This document shows positions 49,142-58,642 of a stretch of 64,000 nucleotides of DNA, piece by piece. The position numbers and the translations under genes are program-made. This DNA is from an uncultured Nitrospinaceae bacterium (GTDB lineage Bacteria > UBA8248): NCBI GenBank assembly GCA_964005815.1, contig CAXFSR010000017.1:173401-237400 (forward strand), read 5' to 3'. The notes under the pieces are model-generated. The model had not been told where the DNA came from, did no database searches, and saw only the letters and a program-made list of their open reading frames with translations. Numbering within the stretch: position 1 is the stretch's first letter; the number at the start of each line of letters is the position of its first letter.

Positions 49142-50184
49142 ATTACAACAAGACCTTACTTTTCTTTGGTACAGTTGCAATAGTTTTCTTCTTAGTAATT
49201 ATATATGCAAATAATATTTTCTATTCTCCATCGAATGTCACAAACAAAGAATTAGTTTTAATTGAAATAAAAAAAGGAATGGGATTATCCGACATTTCTT
49301 TACTCCTATCAAAAAAAGGAATTATTAATCATCCCTACCTATTTAACACTCAAATTATATTAAGAGGCAGTTCTTCGCATCTAAAAGTTGGGATATACGA
49401 ACTAAGCCCATCAATGACACAAAATAGAGTTTACCGAACACTCTTAGCAGGAAATGTAGCTACAAGGACTATCACTATTCCTGAAGGGTTTACAGTAAAA
49501 ATGATTGGAGAAAAACTTGAAAAGAATGGAATAACTAACAAAAAAGACATCATTAGACTAAGCGGCGAAAAGGAGTTCATCTTATCCCTAGGTCTTAAAA
49601 CACATTCATTAGAAGGATATCTTTTTCCTGATACCTATATTTTAAGAGTGAAAATGCATCCTGAACTTGTCTTAAAAAAAATGATACAAAATTTCAGAAA
49701 AAAAATGACATCAGAAATAAGGTTGAAGATACAAAAACAAAAAAAGACTTTACATGAAGTACTCACACTTGCTTCTATTGTCGAGAAAGAAACTTCAGTT
49801 CCCAAAGAAAGATTCCTAATAGCTTCAGTTTTTTTAAATAGATTAAAAAAAAACATGCGACTTCAAAGCGACCCGACTGTGATTTACTCTCTACCTTTTT
49901 TAAAAAGAAAACTATCAAAAAAAGACCTAAGCTATAACTCTCCCTACAACACTTATATACGTAGGGGACTACCGCCAGGACCAATTGCAAACCCTGGGAT
50001 AGAATCTATACTTGCTGTCTTAAATCCCTCGAAAAAAACTTTTCTTTATTTTGTTGCAAAAGGAGATAGTAGTCATTTTTTTTCAAAAACCTACAAAGAA
50101 CATAGAAGAAACATTCGTTTTATCAAAAAACAACGGCTCAGAAAGGTTGACCTGAATTATGGCACAGTGTCATCATCTAAATAA
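49138..50184 (+). CDS. mltG: endolytic murein transglycosylase MltG (YceG family)
   Basis: N-terminal TM anchor, YceG-like domain with LQSDPTVIY catalytic-region signature. ATGA overlap with ruvX. Confidence 0.85.
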   Translation: MNYNKTLLFFGTVAIVFFLVIIYANNIFYSPSNVTNKELVLIEIKKGMGLSDISLLLSKKGIINHPYLFNTQIILRGSSSHLKVGIYELSPSMTQNRVYRTLLAGNVATRTITIPEGFTVKMIGEKLEKNGITNKKDIIRLSGEKEFILSLGLKTHSLEGYLFPDTYILRVKMHPELVLKKMIQNFRKKMTSEIRLKIQKQKKTLHEVLTLASIVEKETSVPKERFLIASVFLNRLKKNMRLQSDPTVIYSLPFLKRKLSKKDLSYNSPYNTYIRRGLPPGPIANPGIESILAVLNPSKKTFLYFVAKGDSSHFFSKTYKEHRRNIRFIKKQRLRKVDLNYGTVSSSK

Positions 50185-50234
50185 TTTTGACTTAGTTTTA
50201 CTTATTTCTTTTTTTTAAATCGCAAATAATTTTT

Positions 50235-52874
50235 TTGCAAATGGAGAGAGTTTTGTTGGAAACAAGATACAATCCAAAAGAAACAGAAGCAAAATGGTAT
50301 GAGTATTGGCAAAAAAATGGATGCTTCAAGGGAAAACCTGATAATCAAAAGAAGATGTTTTCTCTAGTGATTCCACCACCAAATGTAACCGGTTCTCTTC
50401 ATATGGGACATGCACTTAATAATACACTGCAGGACATTTTAGCAAGATGGCATAGAATGAAAGATTATTCTGTATGCTGGATGCCAGGTACTGACCATGC
50501 AGGAATTGCAACTCAAAATGTTGTCGAGAGAATGCTATCTTCAGAAAATAAGTCGAGAGAAGAATTAGGAAGGAAAAAATTTATAGAAGAAGTCTGGAAA
50601 TGGAAAGAAGAAAGTGGTGGAACAATCATCAATCAGTTACACAGACTTGGCGCTTCTTGCGATTGGGACAGAGAACGTTTCACAATGGACGAAGGACTAT
50701 CTCTTGCCGTTAGAGAAGCATTTGTTCGTTTATACGAAGACGACCTTATCTACAGAGGAGACTATTTAGTTAATTGGTGCCCGCGCTGTGGTACTGCTGT
50801 ATCAGACCTAGAAGTTGAGTTTGAAGAACAAAAAGGAAACCTATGGGATATCTTTTATCCTTTTGATAATCACGAATCAGGATTAATAGTTTCAACAACA
50901 AGACCAGAAACTATGTTGGGTGATACAGCACTAGCAGTTCATCCTGAAGATGAAAGATATAGGAAGTTCATAGGCAGGAAACTACGACTCCCCTTAGTAG
51001 GAAGAAAAATCCCTCTTATAGCCGATAATTTTGTAGACCCTGATTTTGGTTCTGGTGTAGTAAAAATCACACCTGCTCATGATCCTAATGATTACGAAGC
51101 AGGTAAAAGAAATCAATTACCCCAAATAAATATTCTCACAGAAGATGGAAAAATCAACGAAAATGGAGGGAAATATTATGGCCTTGATCGATTTGAAGCA
51201 AGAGAAAGAATTATTTCAGATTTAAAAGGCTTATCTTTTTTAAAACAAGTAAGAGAACACGAACACAATGTCGGAGTTTGTTATCGTTGTTCTACGATAA
51301 TAGAACCTTTTTTATCAAAACAGTGGTTTGTAAGAACCAAGCCCTTAGCAGAAGAAGCTATAAAAGCTGTCGAAAATAGTAAAATACGTATAATTCCTAA
51401 ACAATGGGAAAATACATACTTTGAATGGATGTATAATATAAAGGATTGGTGTATAAGCAGACAAATTTGGTGGGGTCATCAAATTCCGGCATGGTACCAC
51501 ATTGAAACTGGAGAAGTCATAGTTTCAAGAGAAGATATTCAGGATAAAAATTATCGTCGTGAAACAGACGTTCTTGACACCTGGTTTAGTTCAGCACTAT
51601 GGCCGTTCTCCACATTTGGATGGCCACAAAAGAACTCAGACTTAGATTATTTTTATCCAACCTCCACTCTTGTTACTGGATTTGATATTATATTTTTTTG
51701 GGTTGCAAGAATGATTATGGCAGGCCTGAAATTTATGGATGATATCCCTTTTCAGGACGTGTATATACACGCTCTTGTTAGAGACGAACACGGTCAAAAG
51801 ATGAGTAAAACAAGGGGCAATGTAATTGACCCCATAGAGATTATTGACGAATCTGGTGCAGATTCACTAAGGTTTACTTTAACTGCTATGGCTGCACAAG
51901 GTAGAGATGTACGTCTTTCAGAAGAAAGAATTGCAGGCTACAGGAATTTCTGCAATAAAATTTGGAATGCAGCACGTTTCATTCTTTTAAACGTAAACAA
52001 AGATGTCAAGAATATTTCGGAAACATCTACCCTTACACTAGGTGATAAATGGATTCTGAGCAGAATCAATACCGTTTCAAGAGAAGTCGAAAAATCTCTT
52101 AAAGAATATAGATTTAATGATTATGCGTCTACACTCTACCAATTCACCTGGCATGAATTTTGTGATTGGTATATCGAAGTAGTGAAGCCAAATATAATAA
52201 ACGACAAAAAACATTCAAAAAGCAAAGATGTACTTGTAATCGTCTTAAGTAAAATCCTCAGATTATTACATCCAATTATGCCATTTATCACCGAAGAGAT
52301 ATGGGAAAAACTTCCTATTAAGGGCAAACATAATTCAATAATGAATGCAGAATGGCCTAGTTTTAACTCTGATTATGAAAACTTAGATTCTGAAGAAGAG
52401 TTTTCAATAATTATAGATATTGTGAGTACCATTAGGAACTTACGAGGGGAACTTAATATATCTCCTGGAAAAGATATACCATGCATCTTAAAACTTTCAA
52501 ACAAAGAACATGAATCGCTGATTCTGAGAGAGCAAGAAACAATCAAGAGATTGGCAAAAATAGGTCCAGAATGGTCAATTGGACCCGATGTTCAATACCC
52601 CAAACTTTCTTCTTCAGCTGTAATCAGAAATATACAAATTTTCATTCCATTGGAAGGATTAATTGATTTAGAAAGTGAAACAAACCGCTTAAAAAAACAA
52701 CTCACAGATACAGATAAAACTATATCTTCTTTAAAGAAGAAACTTTCTAATAACGAATTTATAAGAAAAGCACCCGAAGAAGTAATTAAAAAGAACGAAG
52801 AAAAGCTTAAAGAAGAACAAAACAAATACGAAAAACTTTCTACTAATCTAAAGAAACTCTCTACTCCTTCCTAA
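50235..52874 (+). CDS. valS: valine--tRNA ligase
   Basis: PPPNVTGSLHMGHA (HIGH), KMSKTRGN (KMSKS), editing domain, C-terminal coiled-coil. 879 aa. Confidence 0.95.
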   Translation: MQMERVLLETRYNPKETEAKWYEYWQKNGCFKGKPDNQKKMFSLVIPPPNVTGSLHMGHALNNTLQDILARWHRMKDYSVCWMPGTDHAGIATQNVVERMLSSENKSREELGRKKFIEEVWKWKEESGGTIINQLHRLGASCDWDRERFTMDEGLSLAVREAFVRLYEDDLIYRGDYLVNWCPRCGTAVSDLEVEFEEQKGNLWDIFYPFDNHESGLIVSTTRPETMLGDTALAVHPEDERYRKFIGRKLRLPLVGRKIPLIADNFVDPDFGSGVVKITPAHDPNDYEAGKRNQLPQINILTEDGKINENGGKYYGLDRFEARERIISDLKGLSFLKQVREHEHNVGVCYRCSTIIEPFLSKQWFVRTKPLAEEAIKAVENSKIRIIPKQWENTYFEWMYNIKDWCISRQIWWGHQIPAWYHIETGEVIVSREDIQDKNYRRETDVLDTWFSSALWPFSTFGWPQKNSDLDYFYPTSTLVTGFDIIFFWVARMIMAGLKFMDDIPFQDVYIHALVRDEHGQKMSKTRGNVIDPIEIIDESGADSLRFTLTAMAAQGRDVRLSEERIAGYRNFCNKIWNAARFILLNVNKDVKNISETSTLTLGDKWILSRINTVSREVEKSLKEYRFNDYASTLYQFTWHEFCDWYIEVVKPNIINDKKHSKSKDVLVIVLSKILRLLHPIMPFITEEIWEKLPIKGKHNSIMNAEWPSFNSDYENLDSEEEFSIIIDIVSTIRNLRGELNISPGKDIPCILKLSNKEHESLILREQETIKRLAKIGPEWSIGPDVQYPKLSSSAVIRNIQIFIPLEGLIDLESETNRLKKQLTDTDKTISSLKKKLSNNEFIRKAPEEVIKKNEEKLKEEQNKYEKLSTNLKKLSTPS

Positions 52875-52880
52875 GTCAAA

Positions 52881-53642
52881 ATGAAGACACCTAAAAAAGA
52901 ACTTGTTTGGAATATTCAAGAATTTGATGAAGTAGATTCTACGAATGATCTTCTTCTTGATAGTTCACGAAAAGGGGCAAAACAGGGAATGGTTATTTAT
53001 GCTAATTCTCAAAAAAAAGGGAGAGGAAGATTTGGAAGAACATGGTATTCACCAAAAGGAGATGGTCTTTATTTTTCATATCTTTTAAAACCAAAACTTA
53101 CAAAAGAAAAACTTCATCTTCTAAGTTTAGTTTTCGGTTTGGGTGTCGCAGAAGGGCTAAATGAATTTTCGAATATGAGAAACAAAACTCTTGCACTGGG
53201 TTTAAAATGGCCAAACGATATTCGTATTTTCAAGAAGAAAGTAGGTGGAATTCTCTGTGAAATTGAAATTGACAAAGAAAACAATCCTTCTGTAATAGTA
53301 GGAATTGGGATAAATACAAATATGATTGTTAACAGGGGCCCCGAGAATCTTCAAAATATTACAACTTCATTAAAAAATGAAGGACTAGGAATGATAGAAA
53401 ATAAAAAATTACTATACGTACTACTTGAAAAACAGAAAGAACTATACAATGAATTTATAAATTTTGGATTTGAAAACATTCTGGTCAGATGGATGTCATT
53501 TTGTGATTCATTAGGAGAAGAAGTTTTTGTGAAAGATCGAAAAATAAAAGGAAAAATCATAAAAATCAATTCAAAGGGACACTTAATAGTCAAAAGTGAT
53601 GGTGGTGAAATGTTAGAAATCTTTTCGAGTGAGATCATATAA
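52881..53642 (+). CDS. birA: biotin--[acetyl-CoA-carboxylase] ligase (no N-terminal HTH domain)
   Basis: GRGRFGRTWYSPKG matches the BirA GRGRxGRxW signature. 253 aa, catalytic plus C-terminal SH3-like domain only. Confidence 0.8.
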   Translation: MKTPKKELVWNIQEFDEVDSTNDLLLDSSRKGAKQGMVIYANSQKKGRGRFGRTWYSPKGDGLYFSYLLKPKLTKEKLHLLSLVFGLGVAEGLNEFSNMRNKTLALGLKWPNDIRIFKKKVGGILCEIEIDKENNPSVIVGIGINTNMIVNRGPENLQNITTSLKNEGLGMIENKKLLYVLLEKQKELYNEFINFGFENILVRWMSFCDSLGEEVFVKDRKIKGKIIKINSKGHLIVKSDGGEMLEIFSSEII

Positions 53643-53644
53643 AG

Positions 53645-54421
53645 ATGACGAGTTCAAATTTACTTATGGCAATAGATGTTGGTAATACCCAGACACAAAT
53701 AGGTCTTTTCGATGAAGAAGTTTTATTAGAAAACTGGGCAATCAGTTCTTCTGTATACAGAACTACTGACGAACTTGGAATTCTAATTCAAGAATTGTTT
53801 CAAAGTAAAAAAATAGATATTAAAATTGTCAATAAAATTATTATTTCTAGTGTCGTTCCTCAATTAGTATCAATTCTAGAAGATATGACTCAAAAATATT
53901 TTAAAACTAAGCCACTATTCGTTAGACCAGGTATTAAAACTGGGATCACGATTAAATACGACAATCCAGCCGAAGTTGGAGCAGACAGAATAGTAAATGC
54001 AGTTGCAGGATTCCATCTTTATAAGGGTCCTTTAATTATTATAGATTATGGGACCGCTACAACTTTTGATGCAATTTCAGATAAAGGCGAGTATTTAGGA
54101 GGAGCAATCGCTCCAGGTTTTGGTATAACTTTGGAAGCGCTTACAGAAAGAACAGCAAAACTCCCGAGGGTAGAACCAAAAATGCCACAAAATGTAATTG
54201 GCAAAAATACAACAAACAGTATTCAAGCAGGGATGTTTTTTGGCTACCGTGGTTTAGTGAAAGAGATTTTGGAAAAAATGAAAAAGGAACTTGGACCTCA
54301 AACAAAGATAGTTGCTACAGGTGGATTTAGTTCGATTTTTTCTGAGGAAGAAAATTTTTACGATGAAAAGAACACAAATCTAACTCTTATTGGCCTTAGA
54401 CTTATCGCAGATTTAAACTAA
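53645..54421 (+). CDS. coaX: type III pantothenate kinase
   Basis: LMAIDVGNTQTQIGLF (ASKHA-fold phosphate 1), …IIIDYGTATTFD…, …GGAIAPG… motifs. 258 aa. Confidence 0.85.
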   Translation: MTSSNLLMAIDVGNTQTQIGLFDEEVLLENWAISSSVYRTTDELGILIQELFQSKKIDIKIVNKIIISSVVPQLVSILEDMTQKYFKTKPLFVRPGIKTGITIKYDNPAEVGADRIVNAVAGFHLYKGPLIIIDYGTATTFDAISDKGEYLGGAIAPGFGITLEALTERTAKLPRVEPKMPQNVIGKNTTNSIQAGMFFGYRGLVKEILEKMKKELGPQTKIVATGGFSSIFSEEENFYDEKNTNLTLIGLRLIADLN

Positions 54422-54435
54422 TCCAATTAGATTCT

Positions 54436-55020
54436 TCAATTAACTCCGTTAAATGTGCGTCTATGTATTTTAGTTGCTCCTAGGTTCCGGATACATTCAA
54501 GATGTTCTTTAGTAGGATAGCCTTTATGCTTTTCAAAACCATATCCAGGATAATGTGAATTCATCCTAACCATAATTCTATCTCTACAAACTTTGGCTAC
54601 TATACTCGCAGCAGCAATACTTGCGCAGAGTGAGTCACCTTTTACTATAGTTTCTTGAGGAATTATGGAATCTATCATTCTGTTTCCGTCAATCAAAAGA
54701 AAATCAGGTTGAAGCATTAAACGAGAAACAGAAACTCTCATTGCCTCTAATGAAGCATTTAGAATATTTATACGTTCAATTTGCCGCGGTCCTATGGATG
54801 CAACTGAAACAGAAACAGATTTATTTAGTATCTCATACACAAGTTCATCTCTTTTTTTTGGTGTTATTTTCTTGCTATCTTGAATACCGTCAATAGGGCG
54901 CAAAGGATCTAAAATGACAGCTGCAGCTACAACAGGACCTGCCAGCGGACCTCTGCCAACTTCATCTATTCCAGCTATAAGGTTGAATTCTTTACCTAAT
55001 TTTTTCTCGTAAGAATACAT
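54436..55020 (-). CDS. rnhB: ribonuclease HII
   Basis: LIAGIDEVGRGPLAGPVVAAAVIL (DEVGRG catalytic motif). Start set at MYSYEK (ATG 55018-55020, GGAG upstream) by analogy with the family. The ORF frame is open to 55044. Confidence 0.85.
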   Translation of the reverse strand: MYSYEKKLGKEFNLIAGIDEVGRGPLAGPVVAAAVILDPLRPIDGIQDSKKITPKKRDELVYEILNKSVSVSVASIGPRQIERINILNASLEAMRVSVSRLMLQPDFLLIDGNRMIDSIIPQETIVKGDSLCASIAAASIVAKVCRDRIMVRMNSHYPGYGFEKHKGYPTKEHLECIRNLGATKIHRRTFNGVN

Positions 55021-55148
55021 AAAACTCCATGTATAAGTTCTCATACAATACTAACAAATTTCTCATATAAATCAGATCGTAAACTTGAAAACGTAAACAA
55101 TACAATCTATGGTTTATTCACGAAAATAACTAAAACAAAAGGTGAAAG

Positions 55149-56138
55149 ATGATGCCCAAAAAAATTGAGGTTATAGAACACTTTGTCCCATCAAACGATC
55201 CCGATATTTTTCTTCATCTACGAGAAAAAAAGCCCAAGGGAATGAAAAAAAAAGATTCTGACACAACTCTTCTGATGGTCCATGGACAAAGTGTTCCCGG
55301 TCCGATTGCTTTTGATTTTTCACTCCCAGGTTATTCTTGGATGGATTTTGCTGCAAACAGAGGAATGAATGTTTTCTCTTTATCTGTTAGAGGTTACGGA
55401 TTATCAACGAGAATTCCTGAATTAAAGGAATCACCAAATAATAAGTCACCTATAGTCAGGGGTATGACTGCAGTAAAGGATATAGATGCTGCTGTGAATT
55501 ATATATGCAAAAAAAACAAAATTAAAAAATTGCTACTCTTAGGATACTCATGGGGAACAACAACAACTGCCGCATATACTTCTCTTAATCCAAAAAAAAT
55601 AAAACGTCTGGCACTTTATGCACCCTTTTATGCATATGATGACCCAAAAAGAGCTGCAGAAAGTGAAGACCCTAAAAAACCAGGCAGATGGAATCCAAAA
55701 ATTGGTTCTTGGAGGTGGGTAACAGAATCTGAACAACGAGAACGTTGGGATGGTAGTATTCCGATAGGAAAACATAAAAAATGGAGATCGGAAAAAGCAA
55801 TTAAACAATTTTGGCTACAACAGCTAAAATTTGATAATGAAGGACAAAAAAGAACCACTCCAGGTGTTAGAATTCCGAACGGACCTATGGCAGATCGTTA
55901 TGACAGAGCAAGGAATATTCCTTTATATGACGCTCAAAAGATCAAGTGTCCTGTTCTTTTAATAAAAGGTGACCATGATAGAAGTTCTCTTGATCCTGAG
56001 TTTTTTGGTTTATATAAGGCACTGAGAAATAGTGAAGGAAAAAGAATGATAATTTTTGGTGATGCAACACATTTTGCTCAATATGAGTGGTGCAGAAAGG
56101 AATTTATGGGTGAGGTACAAAGCTTCCTTGAAGGATAA
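55149..56138 (+). CDS. alpha/beta-hydrolase fold protein
   Basis: GYSWG nucleophile elbow (GxSxG), HG oxyanion-like motif (LLMVHGQS), C-terminal His (DATHF). 329 aa. Confidence 0.65.
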   Translation: MMPKKIEVIEHFVPSNDPDIFLHLREKKPKGMKKKDSDTTLLMVHGQSVPGPIAFDFSLPGYSWMDFAANRGMNVFSLSVRGYGLSTRIPELKESPNNKSPIVRGMTAVKDIDAAVNYICKKNKIKKLLLLGYSWGTTTTAAYTSLNPKKIKRLALYAPFYAYDDPKRAAESEDPKKPGRWNPKIGSWRWVTESEQRERWDGSIPIGKHKKWRSEKAIKQFWLQQLKFDNEGQKRTTPGVRIPNGPMADRYDRARNIPLYDAQKIKCPVLLIKGDHDRSSLDPEFFGLYKALRNSEGKRMIIFGDATHFAQYEWCRKEFMGEVQSFLEG

Positions 56139-56140
56139 AA

Positions 56141-56488
56141 TTACACTCTTCTTTTTTCTCTTATTTGAGCAGCCTTCCCTTTTCTATCTCTCAAATAATA
56201 TAGTTTAGCGCGTCTTACTCTACCTTTCTTCACTATTTCAATCTGATCTAACCTTGGAGAATGCAAGGGAAATATTCTTTCTACTCCTACTCCATAAGAA
56301 ACCTTACGAACACGGAATGTTTCTCGAAGACCACCGCCACTTAGGCCAATAACAATTCCCTCGAAAACCTGTATTCTTTCCTTGTCACCTTCTACAATTT
56401 TGACATGAACACGTACTGTGTCTCCAGACTGAACTCTGGGAACATCTTTACGCATACCCTGTTTTTCTAAAGCATCTATAAGATTCAA
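56141..56488 (-). CDS. rplS: 50S ribosomal protein L19
   Basis: …[26 protein letters not shown]… L19 signature. 115 aa. Conserved position after trmD. Confidence 0.9.
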   Translation of the reverse strand: MNLIDALEKQGMRKDVPRVQSGDTVRVHVKIVEGDKERIQVFEGIVIGLSGGGLRETFRVRKVSYGVGVERIFPLHSPRLDQIEIVKKGRVRRAKLYYLRDRKGKAAQIREKRRV

Positions 56489-56535
56489 GTAAAATCTCCA
56501 AAAAAAGACTCTTATACATAGATTTGAATACTAAA

Positions 56536-57063
56536 TCAATTCCTACCTAAAACTTTATCTAAAATTATTCCAGAAGCAGAGCGTACTGAAAGATGATTAT
56601 ATTTCAAATCTTTTGCACTCCTTAGTGGTAACAGGACAAAATCAGAGTTGTCAACAATTTCTTTAGACAAACCCCAACTAGTTCCAAAAAGCAACAAAAA
56701 TGGACCCGGTTCCTTTGTAACTTTGTCTCGTAAAAATTCGTAACTTATTTGAGTCGGATCATCTTTTGCCGTGGTTGCGACTACAAACGGCTTCTTACTT
56801 TCTATCTCAGCAATTCTTTTTATAACTACTTCTAAAGATTTAAAAACTTCTACCAACTGGAGAGTCTCTGCTCTATCAGGATTGAACTTTTTTCCTTCTC
56901 CTATAACAAAATGGTTTACAACCCTCTCAACAAATTTCCTTTGTATTTCCGAAGGATGAACGATAAAATATTTAGAAACTCCATAAGTTCGAGCAGAACG
57001 AGAAATATCATGAATATCTAAGCTAGTAATTGAAGATGTAGCTTCATTCCCTAGATTATCCAA
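56536..57063 (-). CDS. SPOUT-like (TrmH/SpoU-pattern) putative RNA methyltransferase, inserted between trmD and rplS
   Basis: 175 aa. Motif-like blocks IHDISRSARTYGV (N..AR..G), LLLFGTSWGLS (l.lG.E.GL-like), LPLRSAKDLKYNHLSVRSASGIILD (…SLN.S.A.gI.L…). Assignment by pattern only. Confidence 0.45.
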   Translation of the reverse strand: MDNLGNEATSSITSLDIHDISRSARTYGVSKYFIVHPSEIQRKFVERVVNHFVIGEGKKFNPDRAETLQLVEVFKSLEVVIKRIAEIESKKPFVVATTAKDDPTQISYEFLRDKVTKEPGPFLLLFGTSWGLSKEIVDNSDFVLLPLRSAKDLKYNHLSVRSASGIILDKVLGRN

Positions 57064-57128
57064 AACAGGATAATGAACTAATGCAATATATAAATTACCC
57101 AGTTTTTTAACCTTTATAAATAAAAGAT

Positions 57129-57851
57129 CTATTTTGTCTCTATATCTTTATCTGATAGCTTATTTTCGTCAAACAAATCTTTTCTGCGAATTTTTGTTCT
57201 TACTAATGATTCATTCTTTCTCCACATCTGAATTTCATCATGATTACCTGACAAAAGAACATCAGGAACTTTCATCCCATTGTATTCTGCAGGACGTGTA
57301 TAATGAGGATAATCTAACAAACCATCTGAAAAACTTTCATCTTCTAAAGAATTTTTGTTTGACAAAACCCCTGAAACCAAACGAGATAAGACATCAATAA
57401 AAATCATCGAAGGAATTTCCCCACCAGATAGAACATAATCACCAACGGAAATCTCATCGTCAACACAAAACTCCCGAACACGCTCATCCACTCCTTCATA
57501 TCTTCCACAAATCAGTAAAAATCGTTCTTTTTTTATTAAATTTCTCGCAATTTTTTGATTCAAAGTTCTACCCTGGGGCGTCATTAAAACTTTCCACAAT
57601 TTTCCCTTAGAGTTTGTACTTGAAATTTTTTCGATAGCCTTAAAAATTGGCTCAATTTTCAAAACCATACCTGCTCCACCCCCAAAGGGTTCATCATCAA
57701 CTTTCTTATATGTCCCCTCAGAAAAATCTCTCAAATTCCAAACATTTAATTTAATCAATCCTTTTTCTATAGCTCTTCCAACTACACCTTGTTGAAAAAC
57801 TTTATCAAATGAATTTGGGAAAATAGTTAAAACATCGAAATGAATAGACAT
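57129..57851 (-). CDS. trmD: tRNA (guanine37-N1)-methyltransferase
   Basis: MSIHFDVLTIFP N-terminus and …LICGRYEGVDERV…, …SVGDYVLSGGE… TrmD motifs. Start chosen at MSIHF (ATG 57849-57851). The frame is open to 57902, which would overlap rimM by 28 nt. Confidence 0.85.
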   Translation of the reverse strand: MSIHFDVLTIFPNSFDKVFQQGVVGRAIEKGLIKLNVWNLRDFSEGTYKKVDDEPFGGGAGMVLKIEPIFKAIEKISSTNSKGKLWKVLMTPQGRTLNQKIARNLIKKERFLLICGRYEGVDERVREFCVDDEISVGDYVLSGGEIPSMIFIDVLSRLVSGVLSNKNSLEDESFSDGLLDYPHYTRPAEYNGMKVPDVLLSGNHDEIQMWRKNESLVRTKIRRKDLFDENKLSDKDIETK

Positions 57852-57874
57852 ATGATTTTCACAGCCATAGAAAT

Positions 57875-58378
57875 TTAAGTAAGAGGTATTTTGATAATCC
57901 ACTTATTATCTTTAAAACCGAGGACAAATTGTTTTACTGCAGGAATTAAAATTTCTTCACCATCAAGATTTTTTAGTACTAGAACGTCATTGCCTCCACT
58001 ACCGATTAAATCTGTAAAATATCCTACTTCATTTCCTTCATCATCAAAAACTTTATAACCTTCAAAGTCTTCCCAATAAAAGACACCTTCATCCTTACCT
58101 TTAAGACATTTTCTCTCTACTGAGACTATCTTTCCAGAAACAAACTCAGCTCTTTCTAAGGAATCAATTCCGTCCAATTTCCAAATTTGAAATTTCTTCC
58201 CATGAGGCACAACCGAAAGAACCTTAAAAAACGAATCATCTAAATCCTTAAGGGAAACTTCTTCCACAAGAGAATAATCCTCAAAATAATCCAACCACGG
58301 CTTAAATTTGATCAAACCCTTGTAGCCATGAGGCTTTACTATAACCCCAACTTCTATTTTATCTTTCTTTTCGGTCAT
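57875..58378 (-). CDS. rimM: ribosome maturation factor RimM
   Basis: …VGVIVKPHGYKGLIKFKP… N-terminal RimM beta-barrel and PRC-barrel C-terminal domain. 167 aa. Conserved rpsP-rimM-trmD order. Confidence 0.85.
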   Translation of the reverse strand: MTEKKDKIEVGVIVKPHGYKGLIKFKPWLDYFEDYSLVEEVSLKDLDDSFFKVLSVVPHGKKFQIWKLDGIDSLERAEFVSGKIVSVERKCLKGKDEGVFYWEDFEGYKVFDDEGNEVGYFTDLIGSGGNDVLVLKNLDGEEILIPAVKQFVLGFKDNKWIIKIPLT

Positions 58379-58385
58379 TTAAGGC

Positions 58386-58631
58386 CTAAGAGTCAATACC
58401 TTTTTTCTTGAGTATACTTCTTACCGTCACTGTAGGTTTTGCACCTTTCCCTAACCAGTGCTTGGCTTTCTCTTCATCGATGTCTATCAATGGGGGATCT
58501 TGCATTGGATCGTAACGACCAATCCACTCTAGAAATCGACCATCCCTTGGCATACGTTCATCCTGAACAACTACTCTGTAGCGGGGATCCTTTTTTTTTC
58601 CGCGTCTTGCTAGTCTAATTTTAACAACCAA
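58386..58631 (-). CDS. rpsP: 30S ribosomal protein S16
   Basis: MVVKIRLARRGKKKDPRYRVVV is the S16 N-terminal signature. 81 aa. Confidence 0.9.
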   Translation of the reverse strand: MVVKIRLARRGKKKDPRYRVVVQDERMPRDGRFLEWIGRYDPMQDPPLIDIDEEKAKHWLGKGAKPTVTVRSILKKKGIDS

Positions 58632-58642
58632 ATGAAATCTCC

